44,784 nucleotides of DNA. It comes from a virus. Taxonomy: Duplodnaviria > Caudoviricetes. Where the stretch lies: positions 1 through 44,784 of IMG/VR virus record IMGVR_UViG_3300028400_000012. One strand, written 5' to 3'. A program made the position numbers and the translations under genes. The notes under the pieces are model-generated. The model had not been told where the DNA came from, did no database searches, and saw only the letters and a program-made list of their open reading frames with translations. Below, piece after piece: positions 35,892 to 44,056 of the stretch (position 1 is the stretch's first letter; the number at the start of each line of letters is the position of its first letter).

Positions 35892-36207
35892 TTGCTGCCT
35901 CCTTACACTCTTTGTCTTTTTTAATATCCACTTTATGTGGATAAAAAGCCCGCTGAAGCCCGTACAGGTTTGTAACAAGCTTTCCGTCTTTGTTTGCTAT
36001 CACCGATGGAATTGATTTTTTTTTCATGGTCTCAACTGCAATAGCCGCTGACTCTACATCAACAAGTCCACTTCTATTTAGTTCTTTTTCCGCCTCGTCC
36101 CAGTTAAAATCCTCAATCGGTACAATCTCAACACAATCGCCAATTTCCCCGCTTTCAAGTAGTGAAAAAGCATAGCTACTATTTAATTTTTCTACACGTA
36201 TATACAT
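35875..36207 (-). CDS. Hypothetical protein, paralog of 35613..35891
   Basis: Shared SSYA..L...G.I...V.I.P...W.E.E.EL and N.YG....F..HK motifs. Confidence 0.75.
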   Translation of the reverse strand: MYIRVEKLNSSYAFSLLESGEIGDCVEIVPIEDFNWDEAEKELNRSGLVDVESAAIAVETMKKKSIPSVIANKDGKLVTNLYGLQRAFYPHKVDIKKDKECKEAASGDMS

Positions 36208-36208
36208 T

Positions 36209-36631
36209 TTATTCCTTTTCTTTCAAGCCTTTTCCTAATTCGGTTAAAAGCATTTGTAAAACTCTTAATCGTTTTGCCTTGTCTTTAAACTCATTCTTAA
36301 AAGCGGTTGTCATAATCTCTCTTGTGCTATAAAAAAGATCGACAAAAACTTCTTTTGAAATATCGACATCATTAAAAATAGCTGCAATAATATTTTTTAT
36401 TTCTCCTTTTCTAATATTTGCCTCTATTTTAAGCTCTTCAGCAATAACAAGCTCAAAAGAGCTACTAGGGAACATAAACAACTCACGCTTCCCAATTGCG
36501 CTTAAAAGCTCGTCATCCGGCACCTCATCAGTAAACAAAAAAGCCGCTCCTAAAGCTGCCAGCACTTTGCTACCCTTTCCTTCAACCGTTATTTGTTTCA
36601 TATTGGCTGTTACTTTAACCCTTGTTTGCAT
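36209..36631 (-). CDS. Hypothetical protein
   Basis: 140-aa ORF with GGAG SD. Confidence 0.75.
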   Translation of the reverse strand: MQTRVKVTANMKQITVEGKGSKVLAALGAAFLFTDEVPDDELLSAIGKRELFMFPSSSFELVIAEELKIEANIRKGEIKNIIAAIFNDVDISKEVFVDLFYSTREIMTTAFKNEFKDKAKRLRVLQMLLTELGKGLKEKE

Positions 36632-36725
36632 TTTTTCTCTCTCCCTTTAAGTTCATAAATTTATATAGTGCCAATCCGCCGTAAACGGAAAAGCACGCTG
36701 CGAAAACATAGTCTAAAACCTCCAC
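36615..36725 (-). CDS. Possible 36-aa TM peptide (GTG start)
   Basis: Fills the gap; GGAGGGG SD; hydrophobic core. Confidence 0.45.
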   Translation of the reverse strand: MEVLDYVFAACFSVYGGLALYKFMNLKGERKNANKG

Positions 36726-36892
36726 TATTTCCCCTCCTTTGTTTCGTTTTGTTTTTTGACAAAATCCAAATAATCCTTTTCGGTTTTGTCGCCTCTGCGT
36801 ACCTCTTCTAGGATACGCATTTCTTCAAGCTCTTTTTTTGTAATTTCGGTCTGCCTTAAGCCTGCCAAAAGCTCAAAAAGAATCTCTTTCAT
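36725..36892 (-). CDS. 55-aa hypothetical protein (cassette-driven)
   Basis: True start MKEILFELL after AGGAGG. Confidence 0.75.
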   Translation of the reverse strand: MKEILFELLAGLRQTEITKKELEEMRILEEVRRGDKTEKDYLDFVKKQNETKEGK

Positions 36893-36898
36893 CTTTAA

Positions 36899-36951
36899 CC
36901 TCCTAAAGTTTTGATATACGTTATTATAACACATTTGTAATACAATGTCAA
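36899..36951 (-). promoter_or_regulatory. Sigma70 promoter/operator cassette 6
   Basis: TTGACA(36951-36946)-17bp-TATAAT(36928-36923); degenerate left arm; AACTTTAGGAGG. Confidence 0.88.
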
Positions 36952-36970
36952 GTGTTTTGTTTCTTTTTTG

Positions 36971-37363
36971 TTATATTTTTATGATTATTTCGTATCTTTT
37001 GCTAATTTCCAGTAAAATTGAAAGTAATATAGTTATATATATAATAGCTTTTTGGTATTTTTTTACCTCTTTCCCCAGAAGATACCTTTTGTAATTTTCG
37101 TATGTTTTTGGAGTGCATTTTACTTTAAAACCACCGTTCCACCTATGTAATCCGGTATGGCATTTAGAGCATAGGCAAACCCCGTTTTTTAACAAGTATT
37201 TCTTTTTTGGAAAATGCTCTTTTGAATAGAGGTGGTGCGCTTCGTTATGCCTGGAAATTGTCCCGCAAATCTTACATTCGTAATCGTCTTTTATTAGCAC
37301 CCACTTTCGCCACGTTGCTAAATTCCTAATTTTGGTCGGCGGTCGTTTTTTGGTCGGTCTCAT
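36971..37363 (-). CDS. HNH endonuclease with C-terminal hydrophobic segment
   Basis: WRKWVL.KD.YECKICG, EAHH, NGVCLCSKCH..LH; tail AIIYITILLSILL. Confidence 0.85.
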   Translation of the reverse strand: MRPTKKRPPTKIRNLATWRKWVLIKDDYECKICGTISRHNEAHHLYSKEHFPKKKYLLKNGVCLCSKCHTGLHRWNGGFKVKCTPKTYENYKRYLLGKEVKKYQKAIIYITILLSILLEISKRYEIIIKI

Positions 37364-37412
37364 GGTCGGTCGGCGGTCGGTCGGTCTGGTCGGTCGGTCA
37401 CGGACATGCCGA
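37333..37412. repeat. GC-rich (CCGA/GGTC)n tandem repeat cluster
   Basis: GTGACCGACCGACCAGACCGACCGACCGCCGACCGACCATGAGACCGACC on the minus strand. Confidence 0.9.
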
Positions 37413-38600
37413 CTATACCGCCTCTTCGGAGAGGGTAGGGGGGTTGTAATAATACTTGTTATCAACCTTTCGCAATACCCCACTTTCGACAAATCTAAAC
37501 ATCATACTAAGTGCTGCGGTCTCCTTTACTCCGACTATTTCGGCAAACTGTTTTTTTGTAACTCTATCACCACTGTTCAAGGCTGCTGCTAGTTTGCCGT
37601 GCGCTTTGGCATCTTTGATTCTGGTCTCATGCCCTACCTTTCTTTTTTCCGGTTCAAATTTAATAATATTTTTATTCTCTGGCTCATTTTTCAATGTCGC
37701 CGCTGGTTCGGCTTCTATATCTTTATGTCTGTTTTCCAGAGTAGGAAACATATTATAAAAAAGTCCTCTAAGCGTAAAGCCATCTTTGCTAGTAATTAAT
37801 AGTAAGCCATGAATAGAATATACCGCCGCCATAATTGTAACAATGATTTTAGCCCAGTGTTTTGCGTCCTTGCTAAACTGTAAAATTTCTTCCTTCTGTT
37901 TGCTCTCAAACTGTTTTTTATAGCTTCTTTTTTGTGCAATAGCCTCATCTTGTAACTTTGTATAATAGGCTATTTTAGCTTCTCTTCTTTGCAGAATTTT
38001 ATCCTCAATCTTTTTAATGTTTTTTAATGCTTCAGCTATTTGTCGATCAGCCTTTTTGGTTGTTGCATACTTGTAATTTTTTAATCTAAAGTTTTTTTCT
38101 TTCAAGGCTAATTCATACTTGCTTTTGTACTGCTTAATCATAAGTCTTTCGGCTTCAGTGCCTTTATAATTCTGCCAAAATTTCAAAGCGTTTTCAGCTG
38201 TTCTCCTTTTGCTTTCCGCGCTTTTGTAAGTATCATCATTTTTGTAGGTTTCCGTGTTTTTCAGAACATGTGATTTAATATAAGTCACCGTGTTAGCAAT
38301 AGACTTGTTTTCAATTTGCAAAGTAGTATAAACAATCATAATAACTACAATCAAGTGCCAAACATTTTTAAAAGCCACAATCTCCGTCACACCTGATCGA
38401 TGTATTTTGGCAAAAGTATAACTCAATGCTACTGCCAAAGCATAAAAGAAAAGTTTTGTTATTAGTGCAGTTTGTGAGTCGTTTGCATATCTGTCAAAAA
38501 AGATATTTACAAGGCTTATCAGAAGAAACGACATCATAGAAAAAGAAATAACCGCAATTATCATCCCTAAGTCATCAACAGACTTGTTTAACTTACTCAT
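37413..38600 (-). CDS. Membrane protein with coiled coil and C-terminal winged HTH
   Basis: 3 N-terminal TMs, coiled coil, a 4th TM, then VTKKQFAEIVGVKETAALSMM..FVESGVLRKVDNKY. Confidence 0.75.
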   Translation of the reverse strand: MSKLNKSVDDLGMIIAVISFSMMSFLLISLVNIFFDRYANDSQTALITKLFFYALAVALSYTFAKIHRSGVTEIVAFKNVWHLIVVIMIVYTTLQIENKSIANTVTYIKSHVLKNTETYKNDDTYKSAESKRRTAENALKFWQNYKGTEAERLMIKQYKSKYELALKEKNFRLKNYKYATTKKADRQIAEALKNIKKIEDKILQRREAKIAYYTKLQDEAIAQKRSYKKQFESKQKEEILQFSKDAKHWAKIIVTIMAAVYSIHGLLLITSKDGFTLRGLFYNMFPTLENRHKDIEAEPAATLKNEPENKNIIKFEPEKRKVGHETRIKDAKAHGKLAAALNSGDRVTKKQFAEIVGVKETAALSMMFRFVESGVLRKVDNKYYYNPPTLSEEAV

Positions 38601-38658
38601 TTTTATCCTTTGAAATTTTTTACTCTATAAAAAACTTAAAACGACAAAAAAGAGGGGA

Positions 38659-38871
38659 TTAGCGCCCCTCAAAAAGTTTTAGTGTTTCACGCTTTACCTC
38701 TGTAATCTGCTTTTTGATCTCTGTAAGCTCTTTCCGTGCATCTCTCGCCTCTGTTTTAGCGCCGTATCGACCTTCAATAATTCGCCTCAAAACTGCTGCC
38801 AAAATTTCAAGCCTTCCGGCAAACTCTTCGAGTCTATTTTTTGCCTGCTCGTTTACTTTATATTGCTTCAT
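38659..38871 (-). CDS. Small coiled-coil protein
   Basis: AGGAG SD. Confidence 0.65.
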   Translation of the reverse strand: MKQYKVNEQAKNRLEEFAGRLEILAAVLRRIIEGRYGAKTEARDARKELTEIKKQITEVKRETLKLFEGR

Positions 38872-38880
38872 GCTATCTCC

Positions 38881-39369
38881 TTATTTTCCGGTGCTACCAA
38901 AGCCACCGTTTCTGATTTTATTTGTCTCAAACCCTAGCATATAACTAAAATGCTGCTCTAGTACTAGCTGTGCAACTCTTTCGCCTTTTTTGATTTTTAC
39001 AATATTGGTATATGGATTATGCAAAGTAAGCATAAATTCACCCGGATAATCAATATCAATTATTCCTTTACCGTTTGGGATAACAAGCCACTTTCCTAAA
39101 GACGATCTAAGATAAAGCCCGCCGTATATTTCAAGGCTATAAGTCTCTATCGGCGAATTATCCTTATTGATCTTTTTTCTGTTCCACCATACCCCCAAAG
39201 GAATAACCGCACCATAGCCAGGCAAAATTTCAAAATCATCAGCCGCCCTAAGATCAATCCCGGCACTGTATTTTGTTCCACGTGTCGGCTCGCAAAAGTC
39301 CCGATAAATAAGCATCTTGTTGTCATGTGCGACAATATCATCGAGTCTCAAAGCCTCTTCATAATTCAT
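38881..39369 (-). CDS. dut: Trimeric dUTPase
   Basis: SAGIDL, RSSLG, GIIDIDYPGE, GERVAQLV, RNGGFGSTG. Confidence 0.95.
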   Translation of the reverse strand: MNYEEALRLDDIVAHDNKMLIYRDFCEPTRGTKYSAGIDLRAADDFEILPGYGAVIPLGVWWNRKKINKDNSPIETYSLEIYGGLYLRSSLGKWLVIPNGKGIIDIDYPGEFMLTLHNPYTNIVKIKKGERVAQLVLEQHFSYMLGFETNKIRNGGFGSTGK

Positions 39370-39372
39370 TTT

Positions 39373-39567
39373 TTAGCCCCTTATATATTCATTGTAATTA
39401 AAATAAACTCTCATTTTTTTATGATCGTTTATCGTCAAATAGGTACTATTGCAAATTTTGCAACGCTTCGGACACTCTTTAAGATTATTTCTTTTGTCGC
39501 CACATTGTCGGCAATAGTAAGAAAAATCTCTATAAATATCCTCTTTCGCTTGCTTTTTTTTTGCCAT
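39373..39567 (-). CDS. Zn-ribbon protein
   Basis: CRQCG...CKICNS. Confidence 0.7.
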   Translation of the reverse strand: MAKKKQAKEDIYRDFSYYCRQCGDKRNNLKECPKRCKICNSTYLTINDHKKMRVYFNYNEYIRG

Positions 39568-39601
39568 TTTGTACCTCTTTAAAATTATATTGGAAGTTTG
39601 T

Positions 39602-39973
39602 TTAAATTTGTGTTAAATTGGTTATATTGCTAATATCTTTCGCCGTTAAATAGTTTTTTGAAACATTATTGGCATATAGGACAAAAACCTCAAGACTACC
39701 ACATGCTTTTCCAACAAATTCATAGCCACGAGTTATTCGCTCGTATCTGCTAGGTTTTTGTATAAACTCTTTTTGGACAAAGTAAGTAAAAAAATTTTTA
39801 TCTGTTAGTAATTTATAATAATCTTCAATTTCTAACAATAAACCAACTATTTTTTCTTTGCATGTCTTTTGCAATTGACTTTCAATTTTACCCGCATCAA
39901 AATCGATGTAGGTACATTTATCATTTTTTGCAATAGCTTTAAAACATAGGTCTCTAAACTCGTCAACTGTCAT
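39602..39973 (-). CDS. Hypothetical protein
   Basis: Coupled ORF. Confidence 0.65.
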   Translation of the reverse strand: MTVDEFRDLCFKAIAKNDKCTYIDFDAGKIESQLQKTCKEKIVGLLLEIEDYYKLLTDKNFFTYFVQKEFIQKPSRYERITRGYEFVGKACGSLEVFVLYANNVSKNYLTAKDISNITNLTQI

Positions 39974-40611
39974 ATTTTGCCTTTTAATATTTTATATCGC
40001 CAGTAAAACCCTCTTTTGCACTTTCTGCCAGTTCTAATCCGACTTTCTACCGAATACCCCGCCGCTCTGCTTGCGCTACTTAATGATACGTATTCGGCTA
40101 CAAGCTTAAAATTACTGTCAAAGCACAAAACAGGCTTACACCTTTTTCCGCTTGTTCCTGTCCCATTCATTATGTCAATATACTGATGTTCTCTATTTTC
40201 TTTGTCTGTTACAAGTCTTATATTTTGAAAACTATACCCCTTAAAATCATCAATTCTATCAACACTAGGTTTTAATGATTTTTTGTAACCGCTTTTTTCC
40301 CAGTTGTCATATAGTTTTTTAAAGCCATTTTTATATAGCCATTGTGCAAATTCTTGTTTTGTATATTCCGGGCATGCATGCCCTCTTAACTTCGAGTTCC
40401 TTTTTTGGGTTTTATACATAACCCGTATAACACCTTTTTCTGTCTTATCATAGCTTTCCGGATGTTTTGAGCTTGTTTTTAGATTACTTTTTGAGTCTTT
40501 TTTTGTGCACTCTTTACATTTGTTCAAATACCCATCTTTCATTTCTTTATGTCTGTAAAACTCGTTTATACTCTTTACTATTCCACATTTAAAACATTTT
40601 TTATATTCCAT
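39970..40611 (-). CDS. Homing-endonuclease-like protein (Zn finger, HNH-like, NUMOD1-type C-terminus)
   Basis: KKCFKCG..KS..EFY...DG....CKEC; PSVDRIDDFKGYSFQNIRLVT..EN; AEYVSLSSASRA...GFYWRY. Confidence 0.85.
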   Translation of the reverse strand: MEYKKCFKCGIVKSINEFYRHKEMKDGYLNKCKECTKKDSKSNLKTSSKHPESYDKTEKGVIRVMYKTQKRNSKLRGHACPEYTKQEFAQWLYKNGFKKLYDNWEKSGYKKSLKPSVDRIDDFKGYSFQNIRLVTDKENREHQYIDIMNGTGTSGKRCKPVLCFDSNFKLVAEYVSLSSASRAAGYSVESRIRTGRKCKRGFYWRYKILKGKI

Positions 40612-40662
40612 ATTGTACCACCTTTTTTAAAATGGTACAATATTTCTACTTAATATCCCCTT

Positions 40663-41169
40663 TTAAAATGGTATTGTTTCATCATCATCGATATCAATCG
40701 CTGGCACTGTGCCCGGCTGCTGTATCGGATTTCCGTCGGCATCATAAACGGCTGCATTCCCCGCCTGCCTTTCCGGTCGTTCCTGTCTGCCAAAATCATC
40801 AGTTTTTTTAGGTTTGGGTGCCGAATAAGCAACCGTCGCGATAATCTCACGTTCTTTACCGTCTTTGCCTTTGACCTTTTCAGGTTCGTCAAGGTTGAAA
40901 ATCGCAAAATTGAATTTTCCGCCGTTCGCCAGCGGGTGTTCAATTGTTCCAGACTTGTACTTAACGCCGTTGTCGCTCGTTTTCTCCCATATGCCACCAA
41001 CTTCGGCATTAAATCCAAGAGATGCTTTTTTAACGATCTTGAAAATCGGTGCATTTTTTGTAGTATCTGTATTCTGCAAAAGCAGAAACTTTTCTTCATA
41101 TAAAAAAGGTATATCCAAAAACAATATTAACGCCTTCCCCGATCTATAAACCTTACCTATTGTCGCCAT
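40663..41169 (-). CDS. DUF736-like single-stranded DNA-binding protein
   Basis: MATIG, APIF, EVGGIWEKTS..G.KY.SG.I.HP; acidic DDDETIPF tail. Confidence 0.8.
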   Translation of the reverse strand: MATIGKVYRSGKALILFLDIPFLYEEKFLLLQNTDTTKNAPIFKIVKKASLGFNAEVGGIWEKTSDNGVKYKSGTIEHPLANGGKFNFAIFNLDEPEKVKGKDGKEREIIATVAYSAPKPKKTDDFGRQERPERQAGNAAVYDADGNPIQQPGTVPAIDIDDDETIPF

Positions 41170-41302
41170 TATTTTTACTCCTGTTTTGATTTGTATCTTT
41201 TAGCAACCTTTCGGCTATCGGCAATTTTAGCAGACGTTTGCTATTTTTTACCCTGCTTTCGCCTGTTTGGAGCAGGTTTTTACGATCTTTGTTTCTATTC
41301 AT
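41153..41302 (-). CDS. Small hypothetical protein
   Basis: Start MNRNKD after AAGGAGG. Confidence 0.55.
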   Translation of the reverse strand: MNRNKDRKNLLQTGESRVKNSKRLLKLPIAERLLKDTNQNRSKNNGDNR

Positions 41303-41315
41303 ATTCAACCTCCTT

Positions 41316-41528
41316 TTATTCAATATCCCGACACAAATTACACTTTTTGCCATCATTATCTATATAGTCAATATGCACCCTATAAGGTACTTTTAGCGGT
41401 CTAAGTCCATTATGTGGAGTTTCTATATAAACTATACCGTCCTCATCGACCAGAACGCCGTCGTATTTAACCCAGCTGCCCTTATTATTTCTAGCCCACG
41501 CATATATTTGTAGATTATTTTTTGCCAA
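41316..41528 (-). CDS. Hypothetical protein
   Basis: TTG start with GGAGG SD. Confidence 0.65.
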   Translation of the reverse strand: MAKNNLQIYAWARNNKGSWVKYDGVLVDEDGIVYIETPHNGLRPLKVPYRVHIDYIDNDGKKCNLCRDIE

Positions 41529-41671
41529 TTTTTAGCCTCCCTAATTGAAAATTTATACCGTCTTGAAAGGCTTTCATTAAAAGTTCTTCAAGCGGTTCTT
41601 TGCCTTTTCTGGACTTTAAAACTTGTTTTAGATAAAGACGATATTCGCCTATCGTCTTTATCTTTATTTCT

Positions 41672-42049
41672 TTATATGCTATCCCACACCTCCAATTTTT
41701 TATTTAATTCACTCTCGATCTCGCTCCTGAAAAGTTCAGCTTCGTCTATCCACACATCACCGTAAATATTATTTTCATTGTAGTAGTGAAGAGCATGGTT
41801 AATAGCTTCACCCCAACCCATTTCAATAGCATCTTTTATAGCCGGGTGATTTTCTGGAATAAAACTAAAATCACCTCTAATCGCCAGCCACGCCGCCAAA
41901 TGTGACGGAGTAAAACCGACCTGTGTCATTTCGTCTAATACAAAAGAGGTTAAGATTTCAAGCCCCTCTTTTGCCGCCTCTGAAAGAGTATTTTCATCAA
42001 CTCTTTCGCTTTCCTCTTTTTTTATCAAATCTAATTCATAAGCTTCCAT
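41672..42049 (-). CDS. Acidic hypothetical protein (cassette-driven)
   Basis: AGGAGG SD and promoter cassette. Confidence 0.8.
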   Translation of the reverse strand: MEAYELDLIKKEESERVDENTLSEAAKEGLEILTSFVLDEMTQVGFTPSHLAAWLAIRGDFSFIPENHPAIKDAIEMGWGEAINHALHYYNENNIYGDVWIDEAELFRSEIESELNKKLEVWDSI

Positions 42050-42058
42050 TTTTCTAAT

Positions 42059-42109
42059 CCTCCTAAACTTTATATACTATATTATAACATATTTGTAACA
42101 TAAAGTCAA
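42059..42109 (-). promoter_or_regulatory. Sigma70 promoter/operator cassette 7
   Basis: TTGACT(42109-42104)-17bp-TATAAT(42086-42081); degenerate left arm; TTTAGGAGG. Confidence 0.88.
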
Positions 42110-42114
42110 GAAGA

Positions 42115-42234
42115 TTAAATACAATTGTTGTCTTTTAATTCGCCTATTGTTTTTATTAGCCCTACTGCTAAGAAAAATCCAATAATAACGAAAACTAGTA
42201 TCAAAGCCCCACCAATTATTTTGTTTAAGCACAT
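42115..42234 (-). CDS. 39-aa TM peptide MCLNKIIGGALILVFVIIGFFLAVGLIKT...
   Basis: AAGGA SD; single TM. Confidence 0.6.
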   Translation of the reverse strand: MCLNKIIGGALILVFVIIGFFLAVGLIKTIGELKDNNCI

Positions 42235-42249
42235 TTCACATCCTTTTTT

Positions 42250-42603
42250 TTAATTATATGACCCGTCTAGGTTGATTTTTAGCACCGCTTTTGGTACACC
42301 TAGTGCTCTTCCTATTTCTTGAAAACTCTCGCCGTGAGGGTCTCCATTGTAGTTGTTATAGAATTGTATCGTATGTATGAATTCATGAAGCGCCACTTTT
42401 GACATATTTTTACCTAACGTACTTCGTATCCATATTTTGTTATAGTAGGACTGTCCCCAGTGCTCCATCCCGTCCAGTATAACGACAATAGTATTAGGCA
42501 CGCGAAACCCGACTCTTTTTGCCTTTTGATAATACGGCAAAATAACATTCAAAACATCCCTTTCGCTATACCGTTTTCTAAACATGGCATTGCCCATTTT
42601 CAC
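42250..42603 (-). CDS. SprT-like zinc metalloprotease
   Basis: VALHEFIH...PHGESFQEIGRALG. Confidence 0.8.
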   Translation of the reverse strand: MKMGNAMFRKRYSERDVLNVILPYYQKAKRVGFRVPNTIVVILDGMEHWGQSYYNKIWIRSTLGKNMSKVALHEFIHTIQFYNNYNGDPHGESFQEIGRALGVPKAVLKINLDGSYN

Positions 42604-42799
42604 ACCCGGACAGATCGAACTCTTTTCCTACGTCCAATTTTTTTTCCGGTATTTTTTGTACTGGCTCGTCATCTATAATAGCATTAACAATTTTTTCTCG
42701 CTTTTTCTTCGGTCTGCTTTTTGGCTCATACGTCATCGTCAAATGTATTCCAATAGCGACCAATAAGATAAAAGCTCCACCCCAACACTCTAAACACAT
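42578..42799 (-). CDS. Small membrane-anchored protein
   Basis: N-terminal TM; AGGAGG SD. Confidence 0.65.
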   Translation of the reverse strand: MCLECWGGAFILLVAIGIHLTMTYEPKSRPKKKREKIVNAIIDDEPVQKIPEKKLDVGKEFDLSGCENGQCHV

Positions 42800-42809
42800 T
42801 TTCTACCTC

Positions 42810-43796
42810 CTAAACATACGGCATTGTAATTTCATCTTTGTAGGTCTCTTCGACCACCTCAACCCCAAAAATGTCGCTATGATCTATTTCAACTGTAAAT
42901 AGTCGATCATAAGCTCTATTTTTGTGGCACTTCAAAAATCTTTTTGTTTCGTCATACTGTACTTGTCCGGCTTCATCCAAAATAGGTTTTCCGGCTGCAT
43001 CTCTCAAAATAGGCTTTAGCATATAGAAAATAAAATCACTGTCATATTCCGCTGCATTTCCATACTTCAAAGCCAGTACGCCATTTTTTTGATCTGCCTG
43101 TGAAAGTTGATTAATCAAGTAGATATTTATATTCAAGATACTTGTTAGCTCTTTCAAGGTATCACTAATTTTCATAAACAACTCAACACCGTCCTTACCC
43201 TTACTTCTGATTTTCATAGCACTATCTATCACAAAGTGTCTAACACCGTCGGCATAGAGATATTTAATCTCCTTTATGATCTCTTCCAATTCGCGCCCGG
43301 AATTGTAATAAAGGATATTTTTTTCTACTCTATCAAAAGCTTCAAGCTTCTCTAAAACCTGCTCATCGGACATCTCAAAGTTAAACCAACTCACTGGCTC
43401 GACCTTGCTAAAACCAGATAATATTTTCATAAACAGAGACGTTTTGCCACTGCCCGGACTGCCTGCCAGCTGGATAAAGTTTCCTAATGGGAACCCGCCC
43501 AGTTTTAGCCCGTTGTACTCTTTTTTTGGTACTAGCTCCCGATCAAGTTTTGCTATCCCGGTTTCTCTCGGTATCGGTCGTGGTTCATTCCTTTGCCGTT
43601 CTCTCAATACTGCCAAAGGAATTGATTTTTTGGCTTCGACTTCAGCATCAATCTCGTCTAAAATCTCCTGCCTCAAGGCTAAAAATTGACGCTCAAGCGT
43701 TTTCCCTTGTTCAAAATCATCGCTTGCATAGGCTTCCTTGTACTTGATCTCAAGCTGTTTTGCCTTTTGGAGTTTGATTTTGAGTTCATCTCTCAT
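42810..43796 (-). CDS. DnaB-like (SF4) helicase motor domain
   Basis: TGIAKLD, GSPGSGKTS, FNFEMS, FVIDS, INQLS, AEYDSD, KNR. Confidence 0.88.
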   Translation of the reverse strand: MRDELKIKLQKAKQLEIKYKEAYASDDFEQGKTLERQFLALRQEILDEIDAEVEAKKSIPLAVLRERQRNEPRPIPRETGIAKLDRELVPKKEYNGLKLGGFPLGNFIQLAGSPGSGKTSLFMKILSGFSKVEPVSWFNFEMSDEQVLEKLEAFDRVEKNILYYNSGRELEEIIKEIKYLYADGVRHFVIDSAMKIRSKGKDGVELFMKISDTLKELTSILNINIYLINQLSQADQKNGVLALKYGNAAEYDSDFIFYMLKPILRDAAGKPILDEAGQVQYDETKRFLKCHKNRAYDRLFTVEIDHSDIFGVEVVEETYKDEITMPYV

Positions 43797-44056
43797 AATA
43801 GCCTCAACTCTCTTTTTTCGTCTTCTGTCAGATATTCCCAGTCTGCAAAATCAATCTTATAAACATCAAATGTCCGACCATCTGACATTTCTGCTTTTAT
43901 AATTAGGTCTCCGTTTTTATCAACTACCGCAAACTCATTTTTCGCAACTTTTAATTCTTTATTTAACAGCTCCTCTGTTAGCTTTCCAAAGGCTCTTACC
44001 ACGCTTTCTGCAATATTTGCCTTAATTTTTACGTCATCTAAATCTATTTTCATCAT
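43793..44056 (-). CDS. Hypothetical protein coupled to the helicase gene
   Basis: TTTAGGAGG SD; ATGA overlap with the helicase. Confidence 0.75.
   Translation of the reverse strand: MMKIDLDDVKIKANIAESVVRAFGKLTEELLNKELKVAKNEFAVVDKNGDLIIKAEMSDGRTFDVYKIDFADWEYLTEDEKRELRLL

Noticed and set aside
36725-36934. ORF-track start at 36934
   Set aside because: That start lies inside the promoter cassette; the SD-supported start is 36892.
378-42109. Repeated cassettes as a CRISPR array or IS ends
   Set aside because: The copies are dispersed, imperfect and always placed as -35/-10/SD ahead of a start codon; there is no spacer periodicity, cas gene or transposase.
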